Part shown: positions 37,619-45,712 of the stretch, one piece after another
Numbering within the stretch: position 1 is the stretch's first letter
How the letters are laid out: each line of letters starts with the position of its first letter
DNA from: a virus
Taxonomy: Duplodnaviria > Caudoviricetes
Direction: 5' to 3' (one strand)
IMG/VR virus record: IMGVR_UViG_3300010354_006477
Coordinates: 1 to 60,512 of that record
DNA: 60,512 bases
Position numbers and translations under genes: made by a program
Notes under the pieces: generated by a model
Databases searched by the model: none
What the model saw: only the letters and a program-made list of their open reading frames with translations
What the model was told of the DNA's origin: nothing

Positions 37619-38815
37619 TTAAGTAGTAGCAGGTTCGTATTCGTAATGAGCAGTGACACCAAACGGTGCTTGGATTTGATCATTGCCGTGGATAACGAAC
37701 ACACTATCGCAGTACTGCTCGTCACCCCACGAACCAAACGGATAGCCGTCAGTGAACATGATGAACTGCTTGGGTTCGATGCCTTGCTCTTTCATGTAAG
37801 TGTAGCAGACATCAAAGTCAGTACCACCACCGCCCATTGGCTCGTAGTCGCAGATGTCTTCGCCGTTGTCTTCAGTAAACACTACGGGATTGTAGACCTC
37901 GGTATCGAAACTAAACACCATGATGCTGTAAGTGGTATACATTTCCATCATGCCCTTAACTTCGCTAAGGAAGTCACGGATCATGTCTTCGCTGATACTG
38001 CCTGAAACATCCAGTGCAATTACAACATCAAGGTGCTCTGCAGGCAACATGCCAGGAAGGATAGCACCAGTATGCCAGCTCTTGCGGCTGGGACGCATGA
38101 ACGAATAATTGCTCTTAAGACTAGACTCTAGCTGAATACGCAAGATGTCTTGCCAACGCATCTTGGGCGCAGTGAACTGCTGAATTAGTCGACGGATGCC
38201 TGCAGGAGTATTACCAGCACCTGCAGCCTGCGCGGCCTGTAGTACAGCCTCCTTGACTTCGTCCTGGATCTTCTTAGCAGTCTCGGGGTCAATTTTGATC
38301 TTAGAGCTCTTCGACTTGCCGTCACTGCCCTTGCTATCTTCGCCGGCTTCGTTGCCGGTACCGTCCAAGTGCATGTCTAGTGTCACTTGAATCTTGGTAG
38401 CATTCTTCATGAGCTCGTCGTAGATCTCATCGGCAGTCATATCGCGATATTTGTGATCCCACAGAATAGGTACTGTAGTAATTTTCTTGCCTACATTGTT
38501 TTGGATCAGCATGTCGTTGACAACATAGTCACCGGCCATGTTCCATACGCTGGCATCACGGTCTCCTCGGCGAGTCATGTGACTGTAAACACAATGACCC
38601 ACTTCGTGACCAAACAAGAAGACAAGCTCATCGTCGTCGAGCTTGTTGATAAATTCAGTGCAGTAGTAAAAGTGGCGACCGTCAGTAGCCGCAGTCTGGC
38701 ACCAGTCGCTGGCTTCTACCAACTTGAGGCGAGTAGCAAGATTACCCCAGAACGGATGCTTGAGCAGCATCTTAACACGGGCTTTAGTAAGTCTATCGCG
38801 TACATCCAATTTCAT
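37619..38815 (-). CDS. DUF2201-like metallopeptidase plus VWA domain protein (MoxR partner)
   Basis: TAATDG, HEVGH (HExxH), MIDAS DVSGS, GGGTDF, FTDG. Confidence 0.9.
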   Translation of the reverse strand: MKLDVRDRLTKARVKMLLKHPFWGNLATRLKLVEASDWCQTAATDGRHFYYCTEFINKLDDDELVFLFGHEVGHCVYSHMTRRGDRDASVWNMAGDYVVNDMLIQNNVGKKITTVPILWDHKYRDMTADEIYDELMKNATKIQVTLDMHLDGTGNEAGEDSKGSDGKSKSSKIKIDPETAKKIQDEVKEAVLQAAQAAGAGNTPAGIRRLIQQFTAPKMRWQDILRIQLESSLKSNYSFMRPSRKSWHTGAILPGMLPAEHLDVVIALDVSGSISEDMIRDFLSEVKGMMEMYTTYSIMVFSFDTEVYNPVVFTEDNGEDICDYEPMGGGGTDFDVCYTYMKEQGIEPKQFIMFTDGYPFGSWGDEQYCDSVFVIHGNDQIQAPFGVTAHYEYEPATT

Positions 38816-38840
38816 ATGAATCTCCTAACTGTATTTACAT

Positions 38841-38869
38841 ATTATACAGTTTTTGGTATTTTGTGTCAA
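38841..38869 (-). promoter_or_regulatory. Sigma70 consensus promoter TTGACA-17-TATAAT
   Basis: Perfect consensus upstream of the AGGAG RBS of the VWA gene. Confidence 0.85.
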
Positions 38870-38871
38870 TA

Positions 38872-39288
38872 TTATGCGACATCGTCTTTACGGTCGCTAG
38901 GGAATTTAGCACTGGTATATCGCACAATAAGAACACTAGCGGCAATGACAAAGGTCGATACTGCCACTGCTACCATTTCGTTTATGTTAATAGGCAAGTG
39001 ACTCATTATGTCTACCATGTGCCTAGTCAGTGCAGTAATAGCAATATAAAGTAGAAAACGCACAGGCATATGATTAGTTCTAAAGTAGATACCAACCATA
39101 GCACCAATTTCCAAATAGATAAACATCAGCAGTAGGTCGCTGACGGTAGCATGATGCTTTTGGAACATTTCAAAGAATGTCCAACCTGCCGCCCACGCTG
39201 TAGCGGCACCAATAGCAAATAGGGCAAGTTTATGGAATACTGCTACCAAAACATTACCCATCTGGTCAATGTCTTTACCTTTGATCAT
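38872..39288 (-). CDS. psiE: Phosphate-starvation-inducible PsiE-family membrane protein
   Basis: Four hydrophobic segments, DLLLMFIYLEIGAMVGIYF and PVRFLLYIAITALTR. Confidence 0.85.
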   Translation of the reverse strand: MIKGKDIDQMGNVLVAVFHKLALFAIGAATAWAAGWTFFEMFQKHHATVSDLLLMFIYLEIGAMVGIYFRTNHMPVRFLLYIAITALTRHMVDIMSHLPININEMVAVAVSTFVIAASVLIVRYTSAKFPSDRKDDVA

Positions 39289-39585
39289 TTATATTCCGAA
39301 CTTTAGTTTGAACATGAAAAGGTCTGCTTCGTCCTTGAACCAAACAATTTTGGTGCCCATTGGATTATAGTAATGTAAACTACCTTGACAGTTCTGTTTA
39401 CACCATGCTGACACTTCATGACTTGTGAGACCGTTTATTGAAAAATCCACTCTAGGCCATGTTCTGCGAGCATTGGCATAATACTCGATTAGTTCCTCTC
39501 TACCAATCGGACCCGGACCTAGCACACTTCCGACATAGTCCATAGAACCATATACAAGTTCTAAGGTAGTAGAACGGAAGGGCAT
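39289..39585 (-). CDS. Hypothetical phage protein
   Basis: WC..NC...WF.DEAD...FKLKF pattern typical of small phage ORFs. Start is ATG 39585 or 39543. Confidence 0.6.
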   Translation of the reverse strand: MPFRSTTLELVYGSMDYVGSVLGPGPIGREELIEYYANARRTWPRVDFSINGLTSHEVSAWCKQNCQGSLHYYNPMGTKIVWFKDEADLFMFKLKFGI

Positions 39586-39595
39586 AAGCCCTTCC
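39576..39595 (-). terminator. Stem-loop after the MoxR gene
   Basis: GGAAGGGC-TTAT-GCCCTTCC; no clear U-tract. Confidence 0.4.
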
Positions 39596-39607
39596 TTGAT
39601 CTTAATA

Positions 39608-40714
39608 TCAGTTGCTAACATCAACAACCAAGTGAGCGTACCGCTTGAAGAACTCGGGGAAGTTCTTGAGCTTCTTGTGATCGAACGGAAGATTGTAGTT
39701 CTTAAGTGCAGTATGAGCACCCATGATAACCATCTCAGGTTCGAAGTTATCCATCATGTACTGGATAAAATTCTCACATTGGCTATGCCATGTATCCAGC
39801 TTGTTGGACTTCTTGGCATTTTCGTAGCCGTCCTTGAGTTCATAGCAAAGCGAAGTAGTCAGCGAGTACATAGCGGACACTTCTTTGACCTTCAACTCTT
39901 TGACCTTGCCAGCAAGGATATCGCTGGGGTCGGGCAAGTCTGCGGCAATCTTGCGATGTGCCATAAACTTGATAGCAAGGCCTTCGCCGATACAACCAGC
40001 AACCATATCAGTCTGCTCGTTGTCTGTCATCGTGTCGTCGATGAGGTCGCTGACGAAAGCCCACGAACGAGGAGTCGGGAAACTGCGATCATGAACAGTA
40101 GGATCAAAGTTCATGAGGTCGCCCTTGGCCCAGTTCAAGTAACCAACAATGTCGGGATGGATACGATTCTGTAGAGCCCACTGGTTCCAGTCAGTGAAGT
40201 CAACTCGCAGTTCAAAGTGAACGAAACGGTTAGCCAGCGGAGTAGGCATGCGATAAGTCACGCCCTTATCTGTCATGCGGTTACCTGCTGCCATGATCAC
40301 AACATTGTCAGGCAGTACATAAGTGCCAACACGGCGGTTTAGAATCAGCTGATAGGCAGCAGCCTGTACAGCCGGGGGAGCACCTGCAAGTTCGTCCAAG
40401 AACAGAACTACAATAGGATGCTGATCTGCAAATTCCTTGCTGGGCAGTTCAGCAGGCGGAGCCCACTCCATCTTGTTGGATTGAGCATTGTAAAACGGGA
40501 TACCCTTGATGTCAGTAGGTTCCCACAAGTTAAGACGCACATCGACTAGAGCACCACCCATGTCGTCTGCGATTTGTTGAGCAAGATCACTCTTGCCAAC
40601 TCCGGGAGGACCCCAAAGCATAACGGGTCGCTTGGATTGCATAGCCCGGCGGATATACCGCTTGGCTTCGGAAATCTTTACAGTACGGCCTTCGGCCTTA
40701 TCAGTTTTTGCCAT
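39608..40714 (-). CDS. MoxR-like AAA+ ATPase
   Basis: Walker A GPPGVGKS, Walker B LFLDE, AAGNR, PLANRF, TPRSW. Confidence 0.93.
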   Translation of the reverse strand: MAKTDKAEGRTVKISEAKRYIRRAMQSKRPVMLWGPPGVGKSDLAQQIADDMGGALVDVRLNLWEPTDIKGIPFYNAQSNKMEWAPPAELPSKEFADQHPIVVLFLDELAGAPPAVQAAAYQLILNRRVGTYVLPDNVVIMAAGNRMTDKGVTYRMPTPLANRFVHFELRVDFTDWNQWALQNRIHPDIVGYLNWAKGDLMNFDPTVHDRSFPTPRSWAFVSDLIDDTMTDNEQTDMVAGCIGEGLAIKFMAHRKIAADLPDPSDILAGKVKELKVKEVSAMYSLTTSLCYELKDGYENAKKSNKLDTWHSQCENFIQYMMDNFEPEMVIMGAHTALKNYNLPFDHKKLKNFPEFFKRYAHLVVDVSN

Positions 40715-40742
40715 TGCTGGACTCCTTGTTAACGATATATCT

Positions 40743-40771
40743 ATTATAAGACAAAGGGAATTTTGTGTCGA
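40743..40771 (-). promoter_or_regulatory. Sigma70-type promoter TCGACA-17-TATAAT
   Basis: Same CAAAAT spacer start as the other early promoters. Confidence 0.7.
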
Positions 40772-41077
40772 TTAAATCTTTTCAAGATTGCGAAGTTTCG
40801 CTAGCACATTGGCACTGGGATTCGGACGAACGCGAAGACCTTCTCCGTTGAAAGGTTCGGGATTTTCGATTGCACCAAACTCTTTAAGCAGATAATACTT
40901 GGCAATCTTTTTAGTACATTGATCCATGAGACTGTCCTCGGTCTCGTCAAGCCAAAAGCGAATAGGACTACGCCCCCAAGTCTTGTGCTTGAGTGCTTCG
41001 TGAAAGAGCTGCCGATGCTTTTTGTTAAAAGGATCGAACACTTCTGAAGGTCGATTAAGTTGTGAGATCTTGCTCAT
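40772..41077 (-). CDS. Hypothetical phage protein
   Basis: 101 aa, TAATG-coupled to the upstream ORF. Confidence 0.65.
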   Translation of the reverse strand: MSKISQLNRPSEVFDPFNKKHRQLFHEALKHKTWGRSPIRFWLDETEDSLMDQCTKKIAKYYLLKEFGAIENPEPFNGEGLRVRPNPSANVLAKLRNLEKI

Positions 41078-41220
41078 TATGCTGTCTCCAATTGATCAGC
41101 TTCTAGTACCGCATCGTGATAAGTGCAGGCATTGAGTTCTACGGTAGTGCCGTCAGCAAAAACCGCTAGATAGAAACCAGTAGCAGAATCCTGTTCTACA
41201 CTGATAAGAAAATTATCCAT
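41077..41220 (-). CDS. Small hypothetical protein
   Basis: MDNFLISVEQ..., 47 aa, starting after the hairpin. Confidence 0.5.
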   Translation of the reverse strand: MDNFLISVEQDSATGFYLAVFADGTTVELNACTYHDAVLEADQLETA

Positions 41221-41234
41221 AGTAGGAAGAAGTG

Positions 41235-41258
41235 TGGGGCAGACCGAAGCCTGCCCCA
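41235..41258 (-). terminator. cUUCGg tetraloop hairpin (terminator or stabiliser)
   Basis: Minus strand TGGGGCAGGC-TTCG-GTCTGCCCCA followed by a pyrimidine run. Confidence 0.7.
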
Positions 41259-41265
41259 TTGTTAA

Positions 41266-41526
41266 TTACTCGCCTTGAGCGGCAGCAACGACATCATCGG
41301 CAGATGCCTCAGCATCGGACGGAACAGCGAACAGGGCGTTCGCGCGAGCATAAGCAATGCCCGCTTCCTTGGTCATAGCCTCGGGCAGCTCGAACAGTTC
41401 AACATTAGTGTGACCGTTCTTAACTAGGTTCTTAATACGAGTTGCCAAATCATTGGCAAAGCGAACCTTGGTCTTGCCCTTGAGGGTAGAAACGCCGATA
41501 ACCTTGAAAGTCTTAGAAGTAGCCAT
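41266..41526 (-). CDS. Hypothetical phage protein
   Basis: MATSKTFKV...KVRFAND, with its own promoter and downstream hairpin. Confidence 0.7.
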   Translation of the reverse strand: MATSKTFKVIGVSTLKGKTKVRFANDLATRIKNLVKNGHTNVELFELPEAMTKEAGIAYARANALFAVPSDAEASADDVVAAAQGE

Positions 41527-41593
41527 TTGAAAAATACCTTTCTCTCTGTGTGTCAAAAAATGTATGGATTGCACCATTGCTCACCATACCTCT

Positions 41594-41623
41594 ATTATAG
41601 TACCTATTGCCAATTTGTGTCAA
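41594..41623 (-). promoter_or_regulatory. Sigma70-type promoter TTGACA-18-TATAAT
   Basis: Read directly. Confidence 0.75.
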
Positions 41624-41762
41624 TATCCGGTTTAGCCAATTTTTTACGGTTGTAGACCTTCCGGCTTTTGACAGTCTGCGGGCGATAAGCACCATTATGG
41701 AACAAGAAGTCAGCACGGCGCTTTTGACGCTTAACTTGAACAGTGATAACTTCTCGTTTCAT
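41604..41762 (-). CDS. Small basic protein, 52 aa (not in the ORF track)
   Basis: MKREVITVQVKRQKRRADFLFHNGAYRPQTVKSRKVYNRKKLAKPDIDTNWQ, with AGGAAGGA RBS and a promoter upstream. Confidence 0.7.
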   Translation of the reverse strand: MKREVITVQVKRQKRRADFLFHNGAYRPQTVKSRKVYNRKKLAKPDIDTNWQ

Positions 41763-41784
41763 AATTCCTTCCTAGTAAGTCTCT

Positions 41785-41813
41785 AGTATACTGGATTACT
41801 CAATTTGTGTCAA
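41785..41813 (-). promoter_or_regulatory. Sigma70-type promoter TTGACA-17-TATACT
   Basis: Read directly. Confidence 0.75.
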
Positions 41814-42042
41814 ATTTTGATTGGATCTTTTGGATAACTTCTTCTGCTTGGGCTTTGTATTGGTCGCCCATGTCTTCTTCCAAAATAGCAATAGCAATCA
41901 ATTCAACCAAACCAGCACTGACCATCAGTTGGTCAAAGGGCAAGCTCAGTTGCCATTCTTCGAATTCTGCTCGAGTCTTGAAACTCCAAATAGTGTCCAA
42001 CATCTTGCATTGTTCGGCAGTAAGCCCCTCAATCTTAATCAT
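41800..42042 (-). CDS. Hypothetical phage protein
   Basis: 80-aa ORF in the early gene array. Confidence 0.65.
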   Translation of the reverse strand: MIKIEGLTAEQCKMLDTIWSFKTRAEFEEWQLSLPFDQLMVSAGLVELIAIAILEEDMGDQYKAQAEEVIQKIQSKFDTN

Positions 42043-42070
42043 ACAATTTTCAAAGTTCGTTTGATGAGTT

Positions 42071-42099
42071 ATTAAATACTATATGTCAATTTTTGTCAA
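42071..42099 (-). promoter_or_regulatory. Sigma70-type promoter TTGACA-17-TTTAAT
   Basis: Overlaps the 5' end of the divergent sulfotransferase gene. Confidence 0.5.
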
Positions 42100-42619
42100 T
42101 AATTTCAAATTATTGTTTGTTCACATACCTAAAACCGGTGGATCTAGTATTAGCCGATGGCTAGTTGATCGTGGCGGAGAACTTGCTGATGGGTTTAGGC
42201 ATACATCTTTACAGCAATCTCGATATAATCTTTCCGATGTTTGGAGTTTTTGTGTAGTTAGAAACCCATGGGACAGAATGGTCAGTTTATACCATTATGT
42301 TTGTAAGGTTAATCCCGATTTTCAAAATGTCAACTTTCATGAATGGTTGCAAACAGGCATTGGCTATCAAAAACACTGGTATTCCGTTTCAACTCCGCAA
42401 GTAGATTGGATAAAAATCAAACCCAATCGTATTATGAGATTCGAAAGGCTCAGCTATGAATTTGAAGCAGTACAATCCTTATTTGGCGATTACACTCCGT
42501 TGTCGAGAATAAACTCCACCCAGCATGGTCCTTATCATGACTATTACGATGATTGGAGTAAAAAATTTGTCGGCGAGCTATTCTACAAAGACATACAAGA
42601 ATTTGACTATAAATTCTAG
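42083..42619 (+). CDS. Sulfotransferase family 2 protein
   Basis: 5'-PSB motif FVHIPKTGGSS and 3'-PB motif VRNPWDRMVSLY. Confidence 0.85.
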   Translation: MSIFVNNFKLLFVHIPKTGGSSISRWLVDRGGELADGFRHTSLQQSRYNLSDVWSFCVVRNPWDRMVSLYHYVCKVNPDFQNVNFHEWLQTGIGYQKHWYSVSTPQVDWIKIKPNRIMRFERLSYEFEAVQSLFGDYTPLSRINSTQHGPYHDYYDDWSKKFVGELFYKDIQEFDYKF

Positions 42620-42620
42620 C

Positions 42621-42881
42621 TTATAGTGTTTCCAATTTGGCCATTAGTGTGGCAACATCATTGTAGACTTCACTGCCATTGCGACTAGTGCGAAGGATGA
42701 TGAAGTTGCGATTGTAAATCTCTACGGTAGCATCCAAGGTGCGAGCACGGCCAAAAGTCACTGCTCGATACTTAGAGCCTTTCTTGTTGACATATTCGCC
42801 TGTGAGCACACCATACGGGGCAGAGAAGTTCTTACCGACCGCCCAGTTATAAATGTGATCTTGAATTGCTTGACTATTCAC
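42621..42881 (-). CDS. Hypothetical phage protein
   Basis: 86 aa, GTGA-coupled to the upstream ORF. Confidence 0.6.
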   Translation of the reverse strand: MNSQAIQDHIYNWAVGKNFSAPYGVLTGEYVNKKGSKYRAVTFGRARTLDATVEIYNRNFIILRTSRNGSEVYNDVATLMAKLETL

Positions 42882-43153
42882 TTACGCTCCATGGCATATT
42901 CGAACAAGACCCACTTGGCACGGTTCAACAGTTGTCGCTGATCTTCCATGAGGTTAGCCAGCGTGTCTGAATCATACGGGCCGTAAGCAACCATTTCTTG
43001 AGCATCACTCATCATGCTAGCGGCATACATAACAGGACCCGAAAAACGGAAAGTCAGACTTTCTTCAACCGCTTCACGCATTTCAGCTTCGGTGCAACCG
43101 TACATACGAACTTGTCGTTGTTCTTGCTCAGTCATTTCAGCGAAACGAGTCAT
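42878..43153 (-). CDS. Hypothetical phage protein
   Basis: MTRFAEM..., AAGGAG RBS, ATG at 43153. Confidence 0.7.
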   Translation of the reverse strand: MTRFAEMTEQEQRQVRMYGCTEAEMREAVEESLTFRFSGPVMYAASMMSDAQEMVAYGPYDSDTLANLMEDQRQLLNRAKWVLFEYAMERK

Positions 43154-43163
43154 TGTCTGCTCC

Positions 43164-43304
43164 TTAGGGTTTGGTACGATTGGTAAGATAGAAACGACCG
43201 TTTTCAACCTTGCCGCACATTACTAGCCGCAAAGGAAAACCATATTCTGCCATAACCTCGCGCATACGAGCGAAACGGCCCTTCTTGAATGTCTTTTTCA
43301 TCAT
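43164..43304 (-). CDS. Small basic hypothetical protein
   Basis: MMKKTFKKGRF... directly after a promoter; probably leaderless. Confidence 0.5.
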   Translation of the reverse strand: MMKKTFKKGRFARMREVMAEYGFPLRLVMCGKVENGRFYLTNRTKP

Positions 43305-43310
43305 GTTTGA

Positions 43311-43339
43311 AGTATAGCACCAAACCAATTTTGTGTCAA
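43311..43339 (-). promoter_or_regulatory. Sigma70-type promoter TTGACA-17-TATACT
   Basis: Near-identical to 43584-43612. Confidence 0.8.
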
Positions 43340-43555
43340 TTATTTGAGTTCTCGCATGCGAGCTTGGCTTTCCTCGCACTCAATGCGGCCCTTTTCAATA
43401 TTGTAAATAGCACGAATCAAAAATCCAATACCAATCAACCCCAGGGTAATCATGGTGAACATGGGGGCAATCATCATCATAGCAACGAATCCCAATCCGC
43501 TCATACCCAGAGCGGCCACGGTCAGAGCCGTGTTCTTAGCAGCTTGTTTGTTCAT
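43340..43555 (-). CDS. Small two-helix membrane protein
   Basis: AGGAGG RBS, ATG 43555, long hydrophobic stretch. Confidence 0.7.
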   Translation of the reverse strand: MNKQAAKNTALTVAALGMSGLGFVAMMMIAPMFTMITLGLIGIGFLIRAIYNIEKGRIECEESQARMRELK

Positions 43556-43583
43556 ATCGAACCTCCTGTTTAACAATACCTCT

Positions 43584-43612
43584 ATTGTATCACCAAACCG
43601 ATTTTGTGTCAA
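43584..43612 (-). promoter_or_regulatory. Sigma70-type promoter TTGACA-17-TACAAT
   Basis: Near-identical to 43311-43339. Confidence 0.8.
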
Positions 43613-43768
43613 TTATTGGAAAACAATGGATTCGTTGAGCTTTTGGGCATACTGCCTAGCACAGGCAAGAGTGTTGTAAGTACTATGGACCTTTACATCC
43701 CAATTGACAAAATAAATAACGCACCATTGGTCCTGGTGTTCGTCATAGCGAACATAATAGACTGCCAT
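43613..43768 (-). CDS. Small hypothetical protein, 51 aa (not in the ORF track)
   Basis: MAVYYVRYDEHQDQWCVIYFVNWDVKVHSTYNTLACARQYAQKLNESIVFQ, GGAG RBS. Confidence 0.6.
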   Translation of the reverse strand: MAVYYVRYDEHQDQWCVIYFVNWDVKVHSTYNTLACARQYAQKLNESIVFQ

Positions 43769-43787
43769 AATTTGGTTTCTCCAACCT

Positions 43788-43813
43788 AAAAAGAAGCCGC
43801 ATTAAGCGGCTTC
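43788..43813 (-). terminator. Intrinsic terminator
   Basis: GAAGCCGC-5 nt-GCGGCTTC followed by TTTTT on the minus strand. Confidence 0.8.
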
Positions 43814-44065
43814 CTGTTGGCGACGATAAGCACGAAGCGCCATTTCCCTTGCAAGAAATAATCTTAGTTGTACATAGTCACTGATCTCAGCATCTTCATC
43901 ATCATCGGCTGCAACTAACTGCGGCCTAGCAAAACTGCGGTGTAAAGTGAGTTCAGTGTCGTATAACTCTAAGCCTTCGAGATCGTCGTCAAAGTCTTCA
44001 CTTCTTAGCTGGCTCAGCAGCCTTAGGTGCTTCTTTGGCAGGAGCAGCAGGCTTTGCCGCGTCAC
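43802..44065 (-). CDS. Acidic hypothetical protein, start uncertain
   Basis: The frame fills the gap down to the terminator, but its only start lies inside the upstream gene. Confidence 0.4.
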   Translation of the reverse strand: MTRQSLLLLPKKHLRLLSQLRSEDFDDDLEGLELYDTELTLHRSFARPQLVAADDDEDAEISDYVQLRLFLAREMALRAYRRQQEAA

Positions 44066-44270
44066 TTTTGGTGGCGTCAGCTGCCTTCTTCTCGGCCTCC
44101 TTCTCAGCCTTTGTCTTTGGCTTTTCTACCTTAGGCATTTCCTTAGGTGTAGCAGGTGCTGGCGTAGAAGCAGCAGCAGGTGCCTTAACAGCCTCGGGGG
44201 CCTTGGCAGGTGCTTGAGCAAATGCTGTACCAACTGCTAGAGCGGCGATGATAGCGACTAGTGATTTCAT
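43998..44270 (-). CDS. Secreted/periplasmic Ala-Lys-Pro-rich low-complexity protein
   Basis: Sec signal peptide MKSLVAIIAALAVGTAFA|Q and AGGAG RBS. Confidence 0.75.
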   Translation of the reverse strand: MKSLVAIIAALAVGTAFAQAPAKAPEAVKAPAAASTPAPATPKEMPKVEKPKTKAEKEAEKKAADATKSDAAKPAAPAKEAPKAAEPAKK

Positions 44271-44360
44271 AAGTGTCTCCTTTATTTGAAATCTAGCAAA
44301 TAATTTTACTTGCTTAGTATATATAACGCCGCAGGTCGATTAGTCGTTGACAGATTTTGG

Positions 44361-45059
44361 TTATTCTAACCAAATATTGTCTACCAATTTCATTTGTTCA
44401 ATCATAGTTTGGCTAGTGATATGAACTAGCAATGCCCGACGATTTTGGTCAGTTGTATTGGGCATAGTACTGTGCAGTACCCTAGGAAAGTAAACTAATA
44501 CATCACCTGGCATCATATGAGGTTGCACAACGCCGGCTAAAAATTCTTCGTTATAAACTCCTCGGTAGCTGTCTTGTACTACCCAGTTTCTTTTATGACT
44601 GCCTGGAAGCAAACCTGTGCCTCCATTGGCTTGTGTAAATTCACAGAGGGGTATAATACATTGTACGCCCAGTAGGTCAAAGCTTTCGTGCCATTGGTTA
44701 AATCGATAAGGACTATCGATATGGGGCTTGATGTACTTGTTGTTGGGAGTGTTGGTAATGACATCGGCAACATAGACTTGGGGCTCGTTAAACAAAAATC
44801 CAACTTGATCTATTAGTATTTTACCAACACTCTGTATCTCGCGCCAATCATGAAGCTGCTGACTCCACCATAAAGCAAACTCTGGACATTCGTGAATTCG
44901 ACTGCGTGGATAGTATTTGTTATCAACTGCATGACCTCGAGTGGGATACAGGTCGCAGGTTCTATCATTGATACAATCGATAATAATTTTTGGTATAATA
45001 TTTTTTAGAACAACAAATCCTTGCTCTAGTAACTGATCTTTTAAGTCTTGTTGGCCCAT
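44361..45059 (-). CDS. PhyH-family 2OG-Fe(II) dioxygenase
   Basis: QGFVVLKN, PHID, NGGTGLLPGSH, PGDVLVY..R.LH, N.T...RRAL. Confidence 0.9.
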   Translation of the reverse strand: MGQQDLKDQLLEQGFVVLKNIIPKIIIDCINDRTCDLYPTRGHAVDNKYYPRSRIHECPEFALWWSQQLHDWREIQSVGKILIDQVGFLFNEPQVYVADVITNTPNNKYIKPHIDSPYRFNQWHESFDLLGVQCIIPLCEFTQANGGTGLLPGSHKRNWVVQDSYRGVYNEEFLAGVVQPHMMPGDVLVYFPRVLHSTMPNTTDQNRRALLVHITSQTMIEQMKLVDNIWLE

Positions 45060-45382
45060 AAGTTTATATCGCCTTGATAGAGTGTAAATTCAAATGCATC
45101 CATTTCATTGAATAGCACTAGTTTTCGTTTGCTGAGATAGTATGGCCAAATCATTCTCTCGTCTAACATCAATAGAGTTTTATTTAATATTCTATAGTTG
45201 TCTGCTAGTTTGATTGGATATGTTTTCCACTGCTCTTTGGCTAGTTCGAATCCAATGCCAGTAAATCTAGTGCCTTTGGCATTTTTATAAACCGTAAAAA
45301 AAGTCAGTGGTTGATCCACTGACTTTACAATAGTATCAAAAACCAGTTTACTTATCTGTTCTTTTGATAAGTTCGTATTCAT
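45041..45382 (-). CDS. Hypothetical phage protein
   Basis: 113 aa, overlapping both neighbours. Confidence 0.65.
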   Translation of the reverse strand: MNTNLSKEQISKLVFDTIVKSVDQPLTFFTVYKNAKGTRFTGIGFELAKEQWKTYPIKLADNYRILNKTLLMLDERMIWPYYLSKRKLVLFNEMDAFEFTLYQGDINLWANKT

Positions 45383-45665
45383 TGACTTCAGTGCCTTCGG
45401 TTAATTCTACTACAGTAAAGTCATTGCACTTAAATAACTTGTTAAGTTTTTCCATTAAGTTGAAGGCATGTCCGGGATTACTAAAACTTACTTTTTTATA
45501 TTTTGGACCAGGATAGTCTTGTAAACTGTTTAAAAAAGTTCTAAGGTTAAAAGGGCGCTTTTTGTAAAAGACTGCATAGATGGCATCGGCTTCTAGGACC
45601 TCTTCACTCTTATAAGTGCCAGGGTCGACATGTGTTAATAGTATTGTAGGTTTAGGTCTAGCCAT
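45348..45665 (-). CDS. Hypothetical phage protein
   Basis: MARPKPTILL...GPKYKKVSFSNPGHA, AGGAG RBS, GATAAATA box at 45682-45689. Confidence 0.7.
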   Translation of the reverse strand: MARPKPTILLTHVDPGTYKSEEVLEADAIYAVFYKKRPFNLRTFLNSLQDYPGPKYKKVSFSNPGHAFNLMEKLNKLFKCNDFTVVELTEGTEVNEYELIKRTDK

Positions 45666-45712
45666 GCAGTTCTCCTAATATTATTTATCAGAAAACCGCA
45701 TTAAATACTTAT

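Noticed and set aside
37517-40174. Long + strand ORFs 37517..38005, 38387..39001 and 39596..40174
   Set aside because: They are antisense shadows of the VWA and MoxR genes and have no recognisable motifs.
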